Origin: Octopus bimaculoides
Lineage: Eukaryota
Direction: 5' to 3'
NCBI RefSeq assembly: GCF_001194135.2
Contig: NC_068984.1
Coordinates: 114,381,548 to 114,444,857 of the forward strand
Length of the DNA stretch: 63,310 nt
The notes beneath the pieces were generated by a model, which searched no databases, was not told the origin of the DNA, and worked only from the letters and a program-made list of their open reading frames with translations. This document shows positions 38,661-52,320 of this stretch, in pieces. How positions within the stretch are numbered: the first letter of the stretch is position 1; each line of letters opens with the position of its first letter. A program made the position numbers and the translations under genes.

Positions 38661-39807
38661 TATTTACACATACATATACATACTGACAGACTGATAGAAA
38701 AATATAAAAGAAACCCATTTTTACCTCTAGGTACAAGTGGTCCATATCAGTCTGGCCCCAACTCCTTTGACCTGTCCAGCATAGATGGCCCTACCAGTAG
38801 GAGCTTGTGCTCCACTGGCATAACTCTCAGGATCACTGGACCTTATATGCCACTACTCTTGCAATAAGGATTGGACATTGTGGTGGACGTTACATAATGT
38901 AATCTTTCATAAACTATACCTGAATAAAAGTTACAATGGTTATAACAGAATACCTTTGCTTATAAGTTAGCTGTATCATGGGTGACTGCTAGTTAAACAA
39001 TGTCAATTTGTATTATTTTCCAAAAGCCTAACATGTTGTCCAGTTGTACATCACCATCTGGTTCTTGGATGCCTTTAGTTGGAATTATCTTCTCTTACAA
39101 AGATTCAGATCCAACTCTTGTTTCCCTCCTTTCACACATTTCTTTTATCCTGCAGATGTGTAGGCTAGGCATCAGAGACATCAACTCTGCTAGTCTGAGA
39201 GTGGAAGAATCTGCAAAGGTCATGGATACTCTCTTACCACTTACATAAAACAGGCTATAAAATATTAGAAAAGTATATGGTCTACTCTTGTGAAGTGTGG
39301 TGAGAGAGACAAACCACTTCCAAGCATATTTCTCCAATCTCAAATTCTCATTTATGACACCTCATAAATTTCAAGTAGCCATAAGAACATTACCTTCGCT
39401 CCATGGAGAAAATACGTATTGAAATTACCTGCCAAGTTACAGTTGCCAATGATGATTACTAACTTTGTCAATTTGACCTGAGGCTTAACATCCTCTTGAT
39501 AGTATGTAGATCCAATTAAAACTGGTAACAGGTTGCTCAACAATATCAGGAATTCAATCGCCTGTGCTTTCAATGACAAATGGGGACTCTGTTCCAGGTA
39601 TATGACACAATATCTCTCTGTCTAACCCTGTAACTTAGTGGTCTGTCAAAAGACATCAATAGAAAAAGTTCCAGGCTTAAAAAAAAATAATTAGTGGGGT
39701 TGATTCATTCAACTGAACTTCTCCAAGTTTTATGACTGCATTCTAATGACTGAAATAAGTAAAAGATAAAAGATATGTAACGGTTGTTGTCTATGTTAAA
39801 GATGAAA

Positions 39808-39845
<38 letters not shown>

Positions 39846-41073
39846 AACTCCATGAAAGAAGGATAGTGGCCAGAGTTATTTCACCATTACATATAATTAA
39901 AGCCAAACCATGATGGGCTAGCATGTAAAAAAAACAGTCGGAAAGCATACAAAGCAATGAGAGTTATATTTTCTTGTAAAAATAATGTTGGACTTACTTA
40001 TTCCCTGTCGTTCTAGCACCCATAACTAACTAGATTAAGTGAGGTTGTTGAAATGAAAATTACATTGTGGTGCAGAATTTCAAAGTCAACCACAACACAA
40101 TGGTGAGTTCAACTGAATAGAAAAGCCAGTGGTAAAACATTTTTTTAAAAATTAAAATGCAAAAAAAAAAATCAAAAAGTTTAGAAAACCAATGAATGAT
40201 AGAACAAAGGGTGAGCCCCAAAATATGAAAGAGTGGATTGGTTTAGAGTTGAGGAGTAAGAAGAAAAGGAGAAAGAGAGGGAAAGAAAGAAAAAAAAATG
40301 GAGAAAAAGGTTGTTATTGTTACAGGGTGGGGGTGTATTATGGTCATAAAAATCTATTTTAGAGATGTGACAACAGATTTTAGCAAACTGCTAGAATGTC
40401 ATCATTCAAATTTATATGGATAAAGGGGTGGTGGAGTTGGTGGGGTCATTCATTCCATATTTCTGTTGAAATACTCTCTCTTTGTTTCAAATAATTTTGA
40501 AAGTAATGAATAATTTAGTAAAATAACATTCTCATTATCAAACTGGTGTTTGGAACATAAATTAACATTAGATTTTGATGGAAAGTTTTAATTTAGATCA
40601 CTTTAAAACAGAAAATTCTATCCTTGATGCAGAGGTGGTCTCAGGTAGGTTAGTTACAAAAAGGTCAGAAGCTTTAAAACTGCTACCATCACCTTTATTT
40701 ATTTCTCAATACTTATTACATCCTGTACTATGAAATGTCAACAAGTTCCATCACACTTCAGTAACCTATTTACTAATACAATTTCATGCCTCTTTGACAC
40801 GTTTATTTCAGTTTCAAGCCAGGCTCTCAGATCAACTCACCAAACAAGCACAATTCTAAAATGTGTGTGAGCGTGTGTGTGTGTGTATGAATGTATGTAT
40901 ATATGTATGCATACACACACACTCACATATATCTCCCCTGTCAGTATATGAAAATGTACTTTTTTTTGTGGGTCTAAGGGTTTTAACTCTTATTTCTAGC
41001 AATATAGGTGCTACCTGGCACCCTCAGTCACAGTTAGTGATAAATGAATTTTTCCTATTTGGTATATCCACAG

Positions 41074-41399
41074 TGTACAGTATTATATATCCATCACAGC
41101 CGATCTTACCAATCAGTTTCATGCTAGGGGAACAATGGAGTGTTAGGTAACAATCCGATTATATAACCCTACACTCATCAGAGGTAGCCAGTGTGGAATG
41201 AAATATGGCAACTGTTCTCTATTGTTGGATGTGTCAATTCACCTCCAACAATAGAGAGCAGTCACCATATTATATTCCATGTTGGCTGCCTCTGATGAGC
41301 GTAGGGTTATATAATCAGATTGTTACCTAACACTCCATTGCTTCCCTAGCATGAAACTGGTTGGTAGGATCAGCTGTGGTGGATATATAATACTGTACA
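41074..41399. repeat. 326-bp palindrome (156-bp arms, 14-nt spacer)
   Basis: 41074-41229 is the near-perfect reverse complement of 41244-41399; differences are mostly transitions. Confidence 0.92.
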
Positions 41400-41515
41400 T
41401 TTTGGATAATATACCCACTCTATTGACAGATATACAAGTGCAACTTTTTCCTGACTTATGGACTTTTAGATGACTTATGCATTATACACACACACACATA
41501 CATATATATACATAC

Positions 41516-41582
<67 letters not shown>

Positions 41583-41595
41583 TACACATACATCC

Positions 41596-41629
<34 letters not shown>

Positions 41630-41954
41630 GATTAGAGGTTGTGTTAACCTCATGAAGGGATGGTTTCATCCAAAGAAATATTGGTTCAATACTTAGTATT
41701 TGCGAGGAATTAATTACCTTAAAATGATAGGTATATATGTATATAAAAACATAGTTATAAATTCATATAAAGGAAGAAAAAGAAAATGGAGATTGGGAAG
41801 TTAATAACTGTTTATTATTAGCAGCAAATTAATCACCATCCCTTACAGCTGTTTCAATTAAAACTCAGGAAATATTAAGTAAATATTAAATTTATATTTA
41901 TATGACCTGAGCATAATAACTTCAGAGGGAAAAAAAATATACCCTTGGATGTTT

Positions 41955-43448
41955 TATATGTGTTTATGGATTCTTTATAGCGGACTGAATGATATGGTTA
42001 ATGATTTGTATTGTTATATGTTTGGGCAAGGGGTTTGCAGGCTGACTGGAGATAAGATAGAGTAGGTAAATAAAATTAGAACAATAAATGAATAAATTAA
42101 ATTGAGATGATAGAGGAAATTTAAATGTAAGTAACCTAAGTTTATAGTTAATAAAAGAATGGAATATTCATTTATAAAGTATGAATAAAGTTATGAAAAT
42201 TTGTATATATGCAAGTACACACGTATCTTTATACACACATACATATCTTTATCTGTACATCCATATATATACACAGAAATACACACATATACATACATCC
42301 ACACGTACACACATATCCGTGCATACATGTATATATATATATATTGTTGTTGGCACTCCGTCGCTTACGGCGTTGAGGGTTCCAGTTGATCCAATCAACG
42401 GAACAGCCTGCTCGTGAAATTAACATGTAAGTGGCTGAGCACTCCACGGACACGTGTACTTTTAACGTAGTTCTCGGGGATATTCAGCATGACACAGTGT
42501 GACAAGGCTGACCCTTTGAATTACAGGCACAACAGAAACAGGAAGAGTGAGAGAAAGTTGTGGTGAAAGAGTACAGCAGGGTTTGCCACCATCCCCTGCC
42601 AGAGCCTCATGGAGCTTTAGGTGTTTTCGCTCAATANNNNNNNNNNTGGTGAAAGAGTACAGCAGGGTTTGCCACCATCCCCTGCCAGAGCCTCATGGAG
42701 CTTTAGGTGTTTTCGCTCAATAAACACTCACAACGCCCGGTCTGGGAATCGAAACCGCGATCCTATGACCGCGAGTCCGCTGCCCTAACCACTGGGCCAT
42801 TGTGCCTCCACATATATATATAAATATACAAATACATGAATACTTAGGTACATTCACACATACATATATGTATATACATGTGTTTACTCTTCATACCCAT
42901 CACACCAAAGAAGAAGTTAATATAGATCCATGTTAATTGACCAACATGGATCTATATTAACTTCTTCTCAGGTGTAATGCGTAAAAAGAGAAAATACATG
43001 TATATACATATATGTATGTGTGAATGTGCCTAAGTATTCATGTATTTGCGCATGTATGTGTACATATACATATATATATGTGTATGCATGGATATGTGTG
43101 TACGTGTGGATGTATATATATGTGTGGATGTATGTGTGTATTTCTGAGTACATATATGAACATACGCATACAGATATGTATGCATGTATATGTATATGTG
43201 CATACTTGCATATATACAAATTTTCATAACTTTATTCATACTTTATAAATGAATATTCCATTCTTTTATTAACTATAAACTTAACTTAGTTATATTTAAA
43301 TTTCCTTTATCGTACTATTCAATTTATTCATCTAGTGTTCTAATTTTATTTACCTACTCTATCTTATTTTGCCCAAACATATAAAAATATGAATCATAAA
43401 CCGTATCATTCAGTCTGCTATAATGAATCCATAAACACATATTAATAT
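41955..43448. repeat. Long foldback inverted repeat with a SINE inserted in the left arm
   Basis: 41955-42343 plus 42812-42934 pair with 42943-43448; perfect 25-bp central stem 42910-42934/42943-42967; the right arm is cut by a gap. Confidence 0.9.
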
Positions 43449-46400
43449 NNNNNNNNNNNNNNNNNNNNNNNNNNNNNNNNNNNNNNNNNNNNNNNNNNNN
43501 NNNNNNNNNNNNNNNNNNNNNNNNNNNNNNNNNNNNNNNNNNNNNNNNNNNNNNNNNNNNNNNNNNNNNNNNNNNNNNNNNNNNNNNNNNNNNNNNNNNN
43601 NNNNNNNNNNNNNNNNNNNNNNNNNNNNNNNNNNNNNNNNNNNNNNNNNNNNNNNNNNNNNNNNNNNNNNNNNNNNNNNNNNNNNNNNNNNNNNNNNNNN
43701 NNNNNNNNNNNNNNNNNNNNNNNNNNNNNNNNNNNNNNNNNNNNNNNNNNNNNNNNNNNNNNNNNNNNNNNNNNNNNNNNNNNNNNNNNNNNNNNNNNGT
43801 TTCCACTGGTGGGGATGGTGATGGAGTTTTTCGAAAGACTGCATGGATGCCTTCTGGAGATGGACCGTCTGCTCAATATCCAGCTGTTTCAGTACAAACT
43901 TCTTCAGACAGTTCTTCAGGTATTTTTTTACCATTAATGTAAATTTCTTATTAGTTGACACATAATACTTAGATAGTGGAGGAGATATGATGTTGCTGTG
44001 GGCTGGAAGTATGCAAGAAGTTAAAATTTTTTTTTGACTAAAACACAACTGGGACCCTAAGTAAGGCATTTGTAAAATTTGAATGAAATTGGTTGTGTAG
44101 TTCTGGAGTTTTAGGGATTCACAAAGACACACACACACACAGACACACAGACATACATTCACAATTTTATATATATATATAGATATATATGTATAAAGTA
44201 TGTAGGAGATACTTGCCTAAGGTGCCATGCTGAAGGGCTAAACCCAAAACCATGTGGTTGGGAAGTGAACTTCTTAACCACACAGCAATTCCTACACTTA
44301 TATGATAGATGATTTAAGTATTTAATATTTTGAACAGCTCTGAGTACTTACTAAAATGATCCAGATTCTCAAATTAATCACTTGACTTCTTGTGACCAGG
44401 CGAACTTCAACAAACAGATGACACCAGTAAAACTTAACACAGCACTCTTGTCTTAACAACTCTTGTAAGAGAAAGTAAACCTCAAAACAACAAAACAAAT
44501 TCACAGCACCAACCAATACCTAGCACAACAAACCATTCCTTCCCAAGGCACAAGACAGCTTCTATGAAATAACAGTCAATTCTTTTTTCCAAATTCTGCA
44601 TTGGACAATGAACAAGTCCCTTAACTCTTTGGGGGTGGTTGGGGCACTTCAGGCTTGCAGCTTATCTTGGACGAGGAAGCCTGGCAGAGCCCATCCCTCT
44701 TCCAAGCTAAACTCCTTTCTACAGCTGAGTGGATTGGAACAACGTAAAATGAAGTGTTTTGCTCAAGAACACAACACATCACCTGGTCCAACACCCTAAC
44801 CACTAAGTCACGTGCCTCCACGTAATTTTGCCTAACCATCTTGAAGAACATATTAGACAATGTAGTTCCAGATACTTTTAAAAAGAAGGGATGGCCATTA
44901 CTAGGATATTTTGGCTTATAGGTCTGCAGATCTTTTTGATCTGGAGCTAAACGATAATATCAGTAACAACATCCCTGTAGAATTATTAGCATGCCTGCAC
45001 AAGTGTGTGCCTCCCGACTTTGTTTCTTCATAGCCTTCAGAAAAATGCATATTTTCTAATTAGATTTTCTAAAAATGCCTTTCAGATAGTGTAGATTACG
45101 ATTACACTGGAATTTAATGTAAAAAAAAAAAAAAAAGGTTGGCATGCACATATACATATACTGACACACAAGTCAATTTTGCTAGTAGTGTGTATCAGTA
45201 TGTATGTAAACGTGTCCACCAATTTGTTTCGCCTTAAATTTCGATCGATCATAATCTACATCATCTTTCAGAAAATTCCATCATCTTTGCTGAAAATTCC
45301 ATTAAAAAATACTAATTTTTAAGATGAAACAAACTTGTTTGAATTATTTGAAATTCCTCTCCGACTCACTCCGAGGAAAAATTTGACGATAAATTTCGAT
45401 ATAATCGGAATTTACATCATCTAAACAGTACTTGCAGAAAAATCTGAAAGCTATAAGGAAACAAATTCGTGGGGAGCATACATTTATAGTAGATATGCCC
45501 CACCTGCAGCTTTCGTACTGGTTTACATTGGAAAAAATTATAAACTGACAAGCTGTTCGAAAAATTGCCAAATTTCAGTTATTTTAATTATATAAACATG
45601 TTTTATATGAAACTGAAAGCAAGACCACTTGTCAACAGTGGATTGGTTGGCTGCTTGAGGTTGCCTGTTTGTAGCAACAAAAATGTGGTTAGAAAATGCA
45701 AATAGATCTTATTGCAGAAATTGCCGATGTGCTTGTGTTCTTGCGTAATACGACAGAGTGTGATGTCTTTTTGTTTTGTTCCAGTGTTTGTTTTTGCAAA
45801 CTAGAGGACTAGCTGAGTTAAGGCGGAGAAAACTTTTTAGTATATTGAATATGTTTCAAGTAGAAGCAGACACAATCATGGAAAGTACAGTTAAAGCAAG
45901 GGAGACAACTTATTTATACGCATCAACAAGTGCGCCTCTACACAGACATTTGATCTACTAGAAATAGTAGCCATATTTCCTCCTCACATCAAACCTTCCT
46001 GTTTTAAAAAAGTAAAGAAATTTTGAGGCCACACAGGCCTCACAGACACACACACTCGCGTGTATATAGGTCTACAGGCATTATTACATGATTAAGAAGT
46101 TTGCTTCACAACCATGTGATTTGGGGATCAGTCCCACTGTTATTTCTTTATTGCCCACAAGGGGCTAAACATAGAGGGGACAAACAAGGACAGACAAAGG
46201 GATTAAGTCGATTATATCGACCCCAGTGAGTAACTGGTACTTAATTTATCGACCCCGAAAGGATGAAAGGCAAAGTTGACCTCGGCGGAATTTGAACTCA
46301 GAACATAACAGCAGGGTGTGGCACTTTTTCACACAGTTATCCTCATCCATTCTTGCCACATGTCCATACCAGCACAATCGTCTCTCTTGCACACCACAAC

Positions 46401-47003
46401 TGATGCTTCTTAGGTCTAATGTATATGTATATATATGTGTGTGTGTGTTTGTGTGTCTGTGTTTGTCCCCCCAATATCACTTGACAACCGATGCTGGTGT
46501 GTTTACATCCTCGTAATCTAGCAGTTCGGCAGAAAAAACCGATAGAATAAGTACTAGGCTTACAAAAAATAAGTCCTGAGGTCGATTTGCTCGACTAAAG
46601 ACAGTGCTCCAGCATGGCTGCAGTCAAATGACTGAAACAAGTAAAAGAGTAAAAGAGTAATGTATACATGTATATATATGATGTATATATGTGTGTGTTT
46701 GCGTATATTCTTGTCTTGACATCATGTGATGGCTGTAATTAAACATTACCATCATGCAAGTGATGTTGTTTGTTTTCAGTCTTCTATGAAAAAGATATCT
46801 GGCTATGGGAAATATTATCTTGGTTGGAAACAAGTGACAGTTGGTGACAGCAAGGGCATCCAGTTGGAGAAAATCTGCCTAGACAAATTCTGCCTGACCC
46901 ATGCAAGCATGGAAAAGTGAGCATTAAATAAGGATGATGATGATGATTTATCAAATATGTGTACTTTGGATCTTTTGTCCATGTTTGTTATATTTTATTT
47001 TAG

Positions 47004-47010
47004 GCATTAG
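47004..47010 (+). CDS. NEK11: Candidate 7-nt microexon GCATTAG of NEK11-like gene
   Basis: tattttattttag acceptor and AG|GTAATG donor; converts phase 0 (32026) to phase 1 (48192), giving FH-AL-DEDE. Frame logic only. Confidence 0.35.
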
Positions 47011-48191
47011 GTAATGTAAAAATATAATTTACTCTGCCCTCAGGCAACATTGTTGTTGTTGTCTAGCCTTATCTGACCTCTGATCAGATAGACCTATGAT
47101 CTAAAGCTATCCAACCATGACTCCTATCTTTTTATGAGTATCTGGGACTATATTATCTAATGCAACTTTCCCTACTTTTTTTTAGACAGTGAGTGTGATT
47201 TGAGAGAGATTTGGCTGTTACTTCTAACAGACTGTGTGACCATGTAGATGCTCTCTCTCCTAGTCCTTGGCTGTGACTTTAAGGAATGTTATATATAGAT
47301 AACATTATTGTTAAGTAACCCAGAACTTATGTAATCCAGGATGCACACATAGCTGTGTAGGTCACTGACATGGCTGCATAACGCACAGATGTGGCCATGC
47401 TGAATGTAGGTGTGGCTGTGTAGGGTGTAGGCAAGTGCCTTCAACTATAACTTTGAGCTGACCAAAACCTTCTGAGTGGATTTGGCTGATGGAAACTAAA
47501 AGAAGTTTAAGGCGGCGAGCTGGCAGAAACGTTAGCACACCGGGTGAAATGCTTAGCTGTATTTCTATGTTCAAATTCCGCCGAGGTCGACTTTGCCTTT
47601 CATCCTTTCGGGGTCTATAAATTAAGTACCAGTTACGCATTGGGGTCGATGTAATCAACTTAGTCCATTTGTCTGTCCTTATTTGTCCCCTCTGTGTGTA
47701 GCCCCTTGTGGGCAATAAAGAAATAGGAAACTAAAAGAAGCTTGTTTTGTGTGTGTGTGTGTGTAGTTCAGTGCCTTCTTGTCTACTTATAAATGAGCAT
47801 CGTCATCATACAAGCAATGCTTGTGAACCAATTGTTCTTCTGCGTAGGATGGCAGTAGTTATGTGTATGTATATGTTTTTTTTACCTAGTTAAATGGATA
47901 TTTAGTTGATCAGCTTCCACTAAATCTAACTAAATTATATTCTCTTCATAAATTATATTCTCTTCATAAATTATATTCTCTTCCTCCAACTGATTTTTCT
48001 CATTCCTTCTCCTCTTATATTTTTTTTCTATCATTCTTCTGATGAAGAACTAATGACTCTTTACTTCTTTTTTAAACGATTAAATAATACAACAGTTGTT
48101 AAAACTTATCCATTGTGTATTATTTTCTTTCTCTATTAGTTCATTGCCTTCATAATATTTAAAATGTAGTTTTAATTTAACAATTTCACAG

Positions 48192-48365
48192 ATGAAGATG
48201 AAAATTCCTCTGAGAAGAATTCTCATGAAAAAACAATCTTAGGTAACCACAATGGCTCCTCTTTGACTGTAAAACCTCCTGTATATAACCTTGATGACCG
48301 ACCAATAACTCCTCTACGTCAAACATTCCCTTCAGGATCTGATATTTACAAGGAATTTGAAGATG
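48192..48365 (+). CDS. NEK11: NEK11-like exon (DEDENSSEKNSHEKTILG...LDDRPITPLRQTFPSGSDIYKEFED)
   Basis: ttcacag acceptor, G|GTATGT donor; 174 nt open in phase 1, joining 55825 in frame (EFED-GIP). Confidence 0.8.
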
Positions 48366-50894
48366 GTATGTAATGTTTTAAAATCAGATTTTGTTTTTCA
48401 AATATCATTAATGTGTTATAAGGTTGTCATGTACCTCCTCTATAGTTAAGATACATGTTTCTGGTACTTTGTTATATTTTAATCTCTCGATACCTGGTCT
48501 AAGCCATCTCCCTCAGGCAACATTTTTTTTTGCAGTGGGGGCTTGCAAATTACTTGGTAACCCCATTAGTGCCAGTGCCATGAAAAAGGCATGTAGTACA
48601 CTTTGTAAAATGATTGGCATTGGAGAGGACATTCAGTTATAGAAATCATGCCAAAACAGACGCTGAAACTCAGCATAGTCCTACAACACATCAGATCCTC
48701 TTAACCTGTTAGCATTTAAACTGGCTATATCTGGCCAACATATTTTACTAGTTTTATGTTCAAACTGGCCTGATCTGGCCTCTCACACCTTCCCTACTGT
48801 GTCATTCCAAAAAAAAACAATCACATCATCAAAATCTCAAAGCTATGAGATAATGCATGATTAATTCAAAGACACGAATAAATAAGCATTACATGTGACT
48901 GAGTAATATGAATGCTAAAGGGTTAAACCTATGCCAGCATGGAAGACAGATGTTAAATAACGAGGATGATGGTTAGGGTGAATTGTGATTGCAATTTGGT
49001 CAAATTTTATTAACAAGTTCTAATAAGAAAAATTATAAAATCAGGGGTGGTTGGTGTTAAGAAGGGCATCCAGCGATAAAAACCATGCCAAAACAGACAC
49101 AGAAGCCTGGTGTAGTCTTCTGCCTGGCCGGCTCCTGTCAAACCACTTAACCTGTGTCAGCATGGAAGACAGACATTAAATGATGATGATAATGTTCAAG
49201 ATTTTTTATCCTATAAAAAAAAAGTAATGGGGTCAATTTATTTGACTAAAATTCTCCAAGACGGTGCCTCTGAAACAACTAAAAGATAAAAAATAAAAGA
49301 TAAAGGTATTGTTTTTTTTTTTTGTTTCAGTCATTTTGACTGCGGCGATGCTGGAGCATCCCCTTAAAGGGTTTTTAGTCGAAGAAATCAACCCCAGGAC
49401 TTATTCTTTGTAAGCNNNNNNNNNNNNNNNNNNNNNNNNNNNNNNNNNNNNNNNNNNNNNNNNNNNNNNNNNNNNNNNNNNNNNNNNNNNNNNNNNNNNN
49501 NNNNNNNNNNNNNNNNNNNNNNNNNNNNNNNNNNNNNNNNNNNNNNNNNNNNNNNNNNNNNNNNNNNNNNNNNNNNNNNNGGACTGGCTTGTGCGGGTGG
49601 CACATAAAAGACACCATTTCGAGCGTGGCCGTTTTCGTGCGGGTGACACGTAAAAGCACCCACTACACTCTCTGAGTGGTTGGCGTTAGGAAGGGCATCC
49701 AGCTGTAGAAACTCTGCCAAATTAGATTGGAGCCTGGTGTTGCCATCCGGTTTCACCAGTCCTCAGTCAAATCGTCCAACCCATGCTAGCATGGAAAGCG
49801 GACGTTAAACGATGATGATGATGATGATGATACAACAAGTTTCTTTCAGTTTCCCTCTACCAAATTCACTCATAAGACTTTGATCAGCCTGAGGCTATAG
49901 TAGAAGACTTTTGCCCAAGGTGCCATACAGTGGGACCGAACCTGGAACCTTGTGGTTGAAAACCAAGCTTCTTACCACACAGCCATGCCTGCACCTATTA
50001 AGGGATTTTTTTTTTAGGTGTAAAAATAATTGGAAAATATCATTTTCATCACTGAAATGACTATTGCTTTCAGCGATAAACATGATTTATCAGAAATATT
50101 GAAATTTTACACTTAACGGCCTTTAATAATTTAAATGAAATCTGACCATTTTTTAGGTTTTTGTAATTAACATAAATTATTAATAATTATTAACAGTATT
50201 TCATTTTTTTTTAAAATTGTCAAAACCTGTCTTTCAAAGAAAGGATGGCTTGTTGGCATAGTAACAAAACAAAAGGATTCAATCTAATTAAGAGCTTATT
50301 ATTTACAGTGGAAATAGAAGTGATTTTTAACAAATATCTGGCACTCTTTGTTATATTTCTTAATAATTGATTTTCAGCCTAAGAGCTGCCTACAGTTTCT
50401 GCAATGTCTTTTCTGCAATCAGCTATTATGTCAACAAGACAGAATAGTCAACTACAGGTATGGTTAAAAACAAAGCAAAAAAAATCAAAAAACCATGCAA
50501 ATATTATTGGTTTCAAATTTTGGCACAAGGCCAGCAATTTTGGGGAAGGGGTAAGTCAATTACATTGACCCCAATTCTCAACTGGTACTTATTTTATCGA
50601 CCTCCAAAAAAGGTGAAAGGCAAAGTTGACCTTAGTGGAATGTGAACTCAAATGTAAAGACAAATGAAATGCCGTGAAGCATTTTACCCAAAACATGTAT
50701 ATTATATTAGCAGCAGACATCACAAGGTGCAGGTAAGTCTGTGTGGTTAAGAAGCTTGTTTCCCAACCAAGTGGTCTTGGGTTCAATTCTACTGTGCAGC
50801 ACTATGGGCAAGTGTCTTTTACAACATCCACAAGCCAACCAAAGCCTTTTGTATGGATTTAGTTGATGGAAATTGAAAGAAGCCTGTTGTGTAT

Positions 50895-50936
<42 letters not shown>

Positions 50937-50946
50937 NNNNNNNNNN

Positions 50947-50984
<38 letters not shown>

Positions 50985-51991
50985 CACACACACATAATCA
51001 TCATCATCATCATTTAGCATTCGTTTTCCATGCTGGCATAGGTTAGACAGATTGACTGGAACTGGTAAACCAGAGAGCTGCCCCAAGTTCCAGTCTGATT
51101 TGGCATGGTTTCTATGGCTGGATGTCCTTCTTAACACCAACTACTCCAAAAGTGTCATGGGTGCTTTTTACATGCCACCAGCATGGGTGCTTTTATGTGC
51201 CAGTTACATGACACCGGCATCAGCTACAACAACAATTTCATTTAGTTTGACAATCATCATCATCGTTTAACGTCCGCTTTCCATGCTAGCATGGGTTGGA
51301 CGACTTGACTGAGGACTGGTGAAACCGGATGGCAACACCAGGCTCCAATCTAAATTTGGCAGAGTTTCTACAGCTGGATGCCCTTCCTAACGCCAACCAC
51401 TCAGAGAGTGTAGTAGATGCTTTTACGTGTCACCTGCACGAAGGCCAGTCAGGCAATACTGGCAACGGCCACGCTCGAAATGGTGNNNNNNNNNNNNNNN
51501 NNNNNNNNNNNNNNNNNNNNNNNNNNNNNNNNNNNNNNNNNNNNNNNNNNNNNNNNNNNNNNNNNNNNNNNNNNNNNNNNNNNNNNNNNNNNNNNNNNNN
51601 NNNNNNNNNNNNNNNNNNNNNNNNNNNNNNNNNNNNNNNNNNNNNNNNNNNNNNNNNNNNNNNNNNNNNNNNNNNNNNNNNNNNNNNNNNNNNNNNNNNN
51701 NNNNNNNNNNNNNNNNNNNNNNNNNNNNNNNNNNNNNNNNNNNNNNNNNNNNNNNNNNNNNNNNNNNNNNNNNNNNNNNNNNNNNNNNNNNNNNNNNNNN
51801 NNNNNNNNNNNNNNNNNNNNNNNNNNNNNNNNNNNNNNNNNNNNNNNNNNNNNNNNNNNNNNNNNNNNNNNNNNNNNNNNNNNNNNNNNNNNNNNNNNNN
51901 NNNNNNNNNNNNNNNNNNNNNNNNNNNNNNNNNNNNNNNNNNNNNNNNNNNNNNNNNNNNNNNNNNNNNNNNNNNNNNNNNNNNNNNNNNN

Positions 51992-52315
51992 NTCTTATTC
52001 TAGCAGCTACACTTTCAGCGCACCCACCCCCACTACTAACTTGGTCGCCCAGATAGCGGAAGCTATCGACTACCTCTAGTTTTTCACCCTGGAATGAGAT
52101 AGAAGTTGTTTCCTGTTTGTTTACAGTCTTTATTGCACCTGAACATCTGCCACAAACAAAAACTAACTTCCTAGTTAACCTGCCTTTGATGTTGCTGCAC
52201 CTCTTATGTGTCCATAGCTTGCACCGGGTACATCTTATAGAGTTACTACCTACTCCTTTTCTACATACTGAGCAGGGCCATCTACCTAAAGGGGTTTGTG
52301 TTTTATCTACCTTCC
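51992..52315 (-). mobile_element. RTE-like LINE fragment with PHD-like Cys motif
   Basis: Same sequence as 60300-60640 (GRWPCSVCRKGVGSNS...CKLWTHKRC on the minus strand). Confidence 0.8.
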
Positions 52316-52320
52316 TGTAA

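Noticed and set aside
42560-42721. Apparent tandem duplication inside the SINE
   Set aside because: The duplicated text flanks a 10-N gap, typical of an unmerged contig overlap.
45011-45045. Minus-strand CTGAAGG...GAAAC-AAA-GTC resembling an HHR
   Set aside because: A9 is missing, there is no helix II and helix I is only G-U pairs; likely chance.
45805-45961. RGLAELRRRKLF resembling NEK11 KRMQELRSRNF
   Set aside because: The available acceptor gives a stop in the needed phase 0, there is no matching donor, and the similarity is too short.
47931-47984. 18-bp unit repeated three times
   Set aside because: A simple tandem slippage with no spacers; not CRISPR-like, and the context is eukaryotic.
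48030-48090. CTGATGAAG core in a PLE-like remnant
   Set aside because: No GAAAC or helix III downstream; too decayed to call a ribozyme.
50378-50457. Exon-like segment (ttttcag...CAG|GTATGG) between exons 48192 and 55825
   Set aside because: In the required phase 1 it hits TAA immediately, the alternative acceptor frameshifts, and the flanking exons already join in frame.
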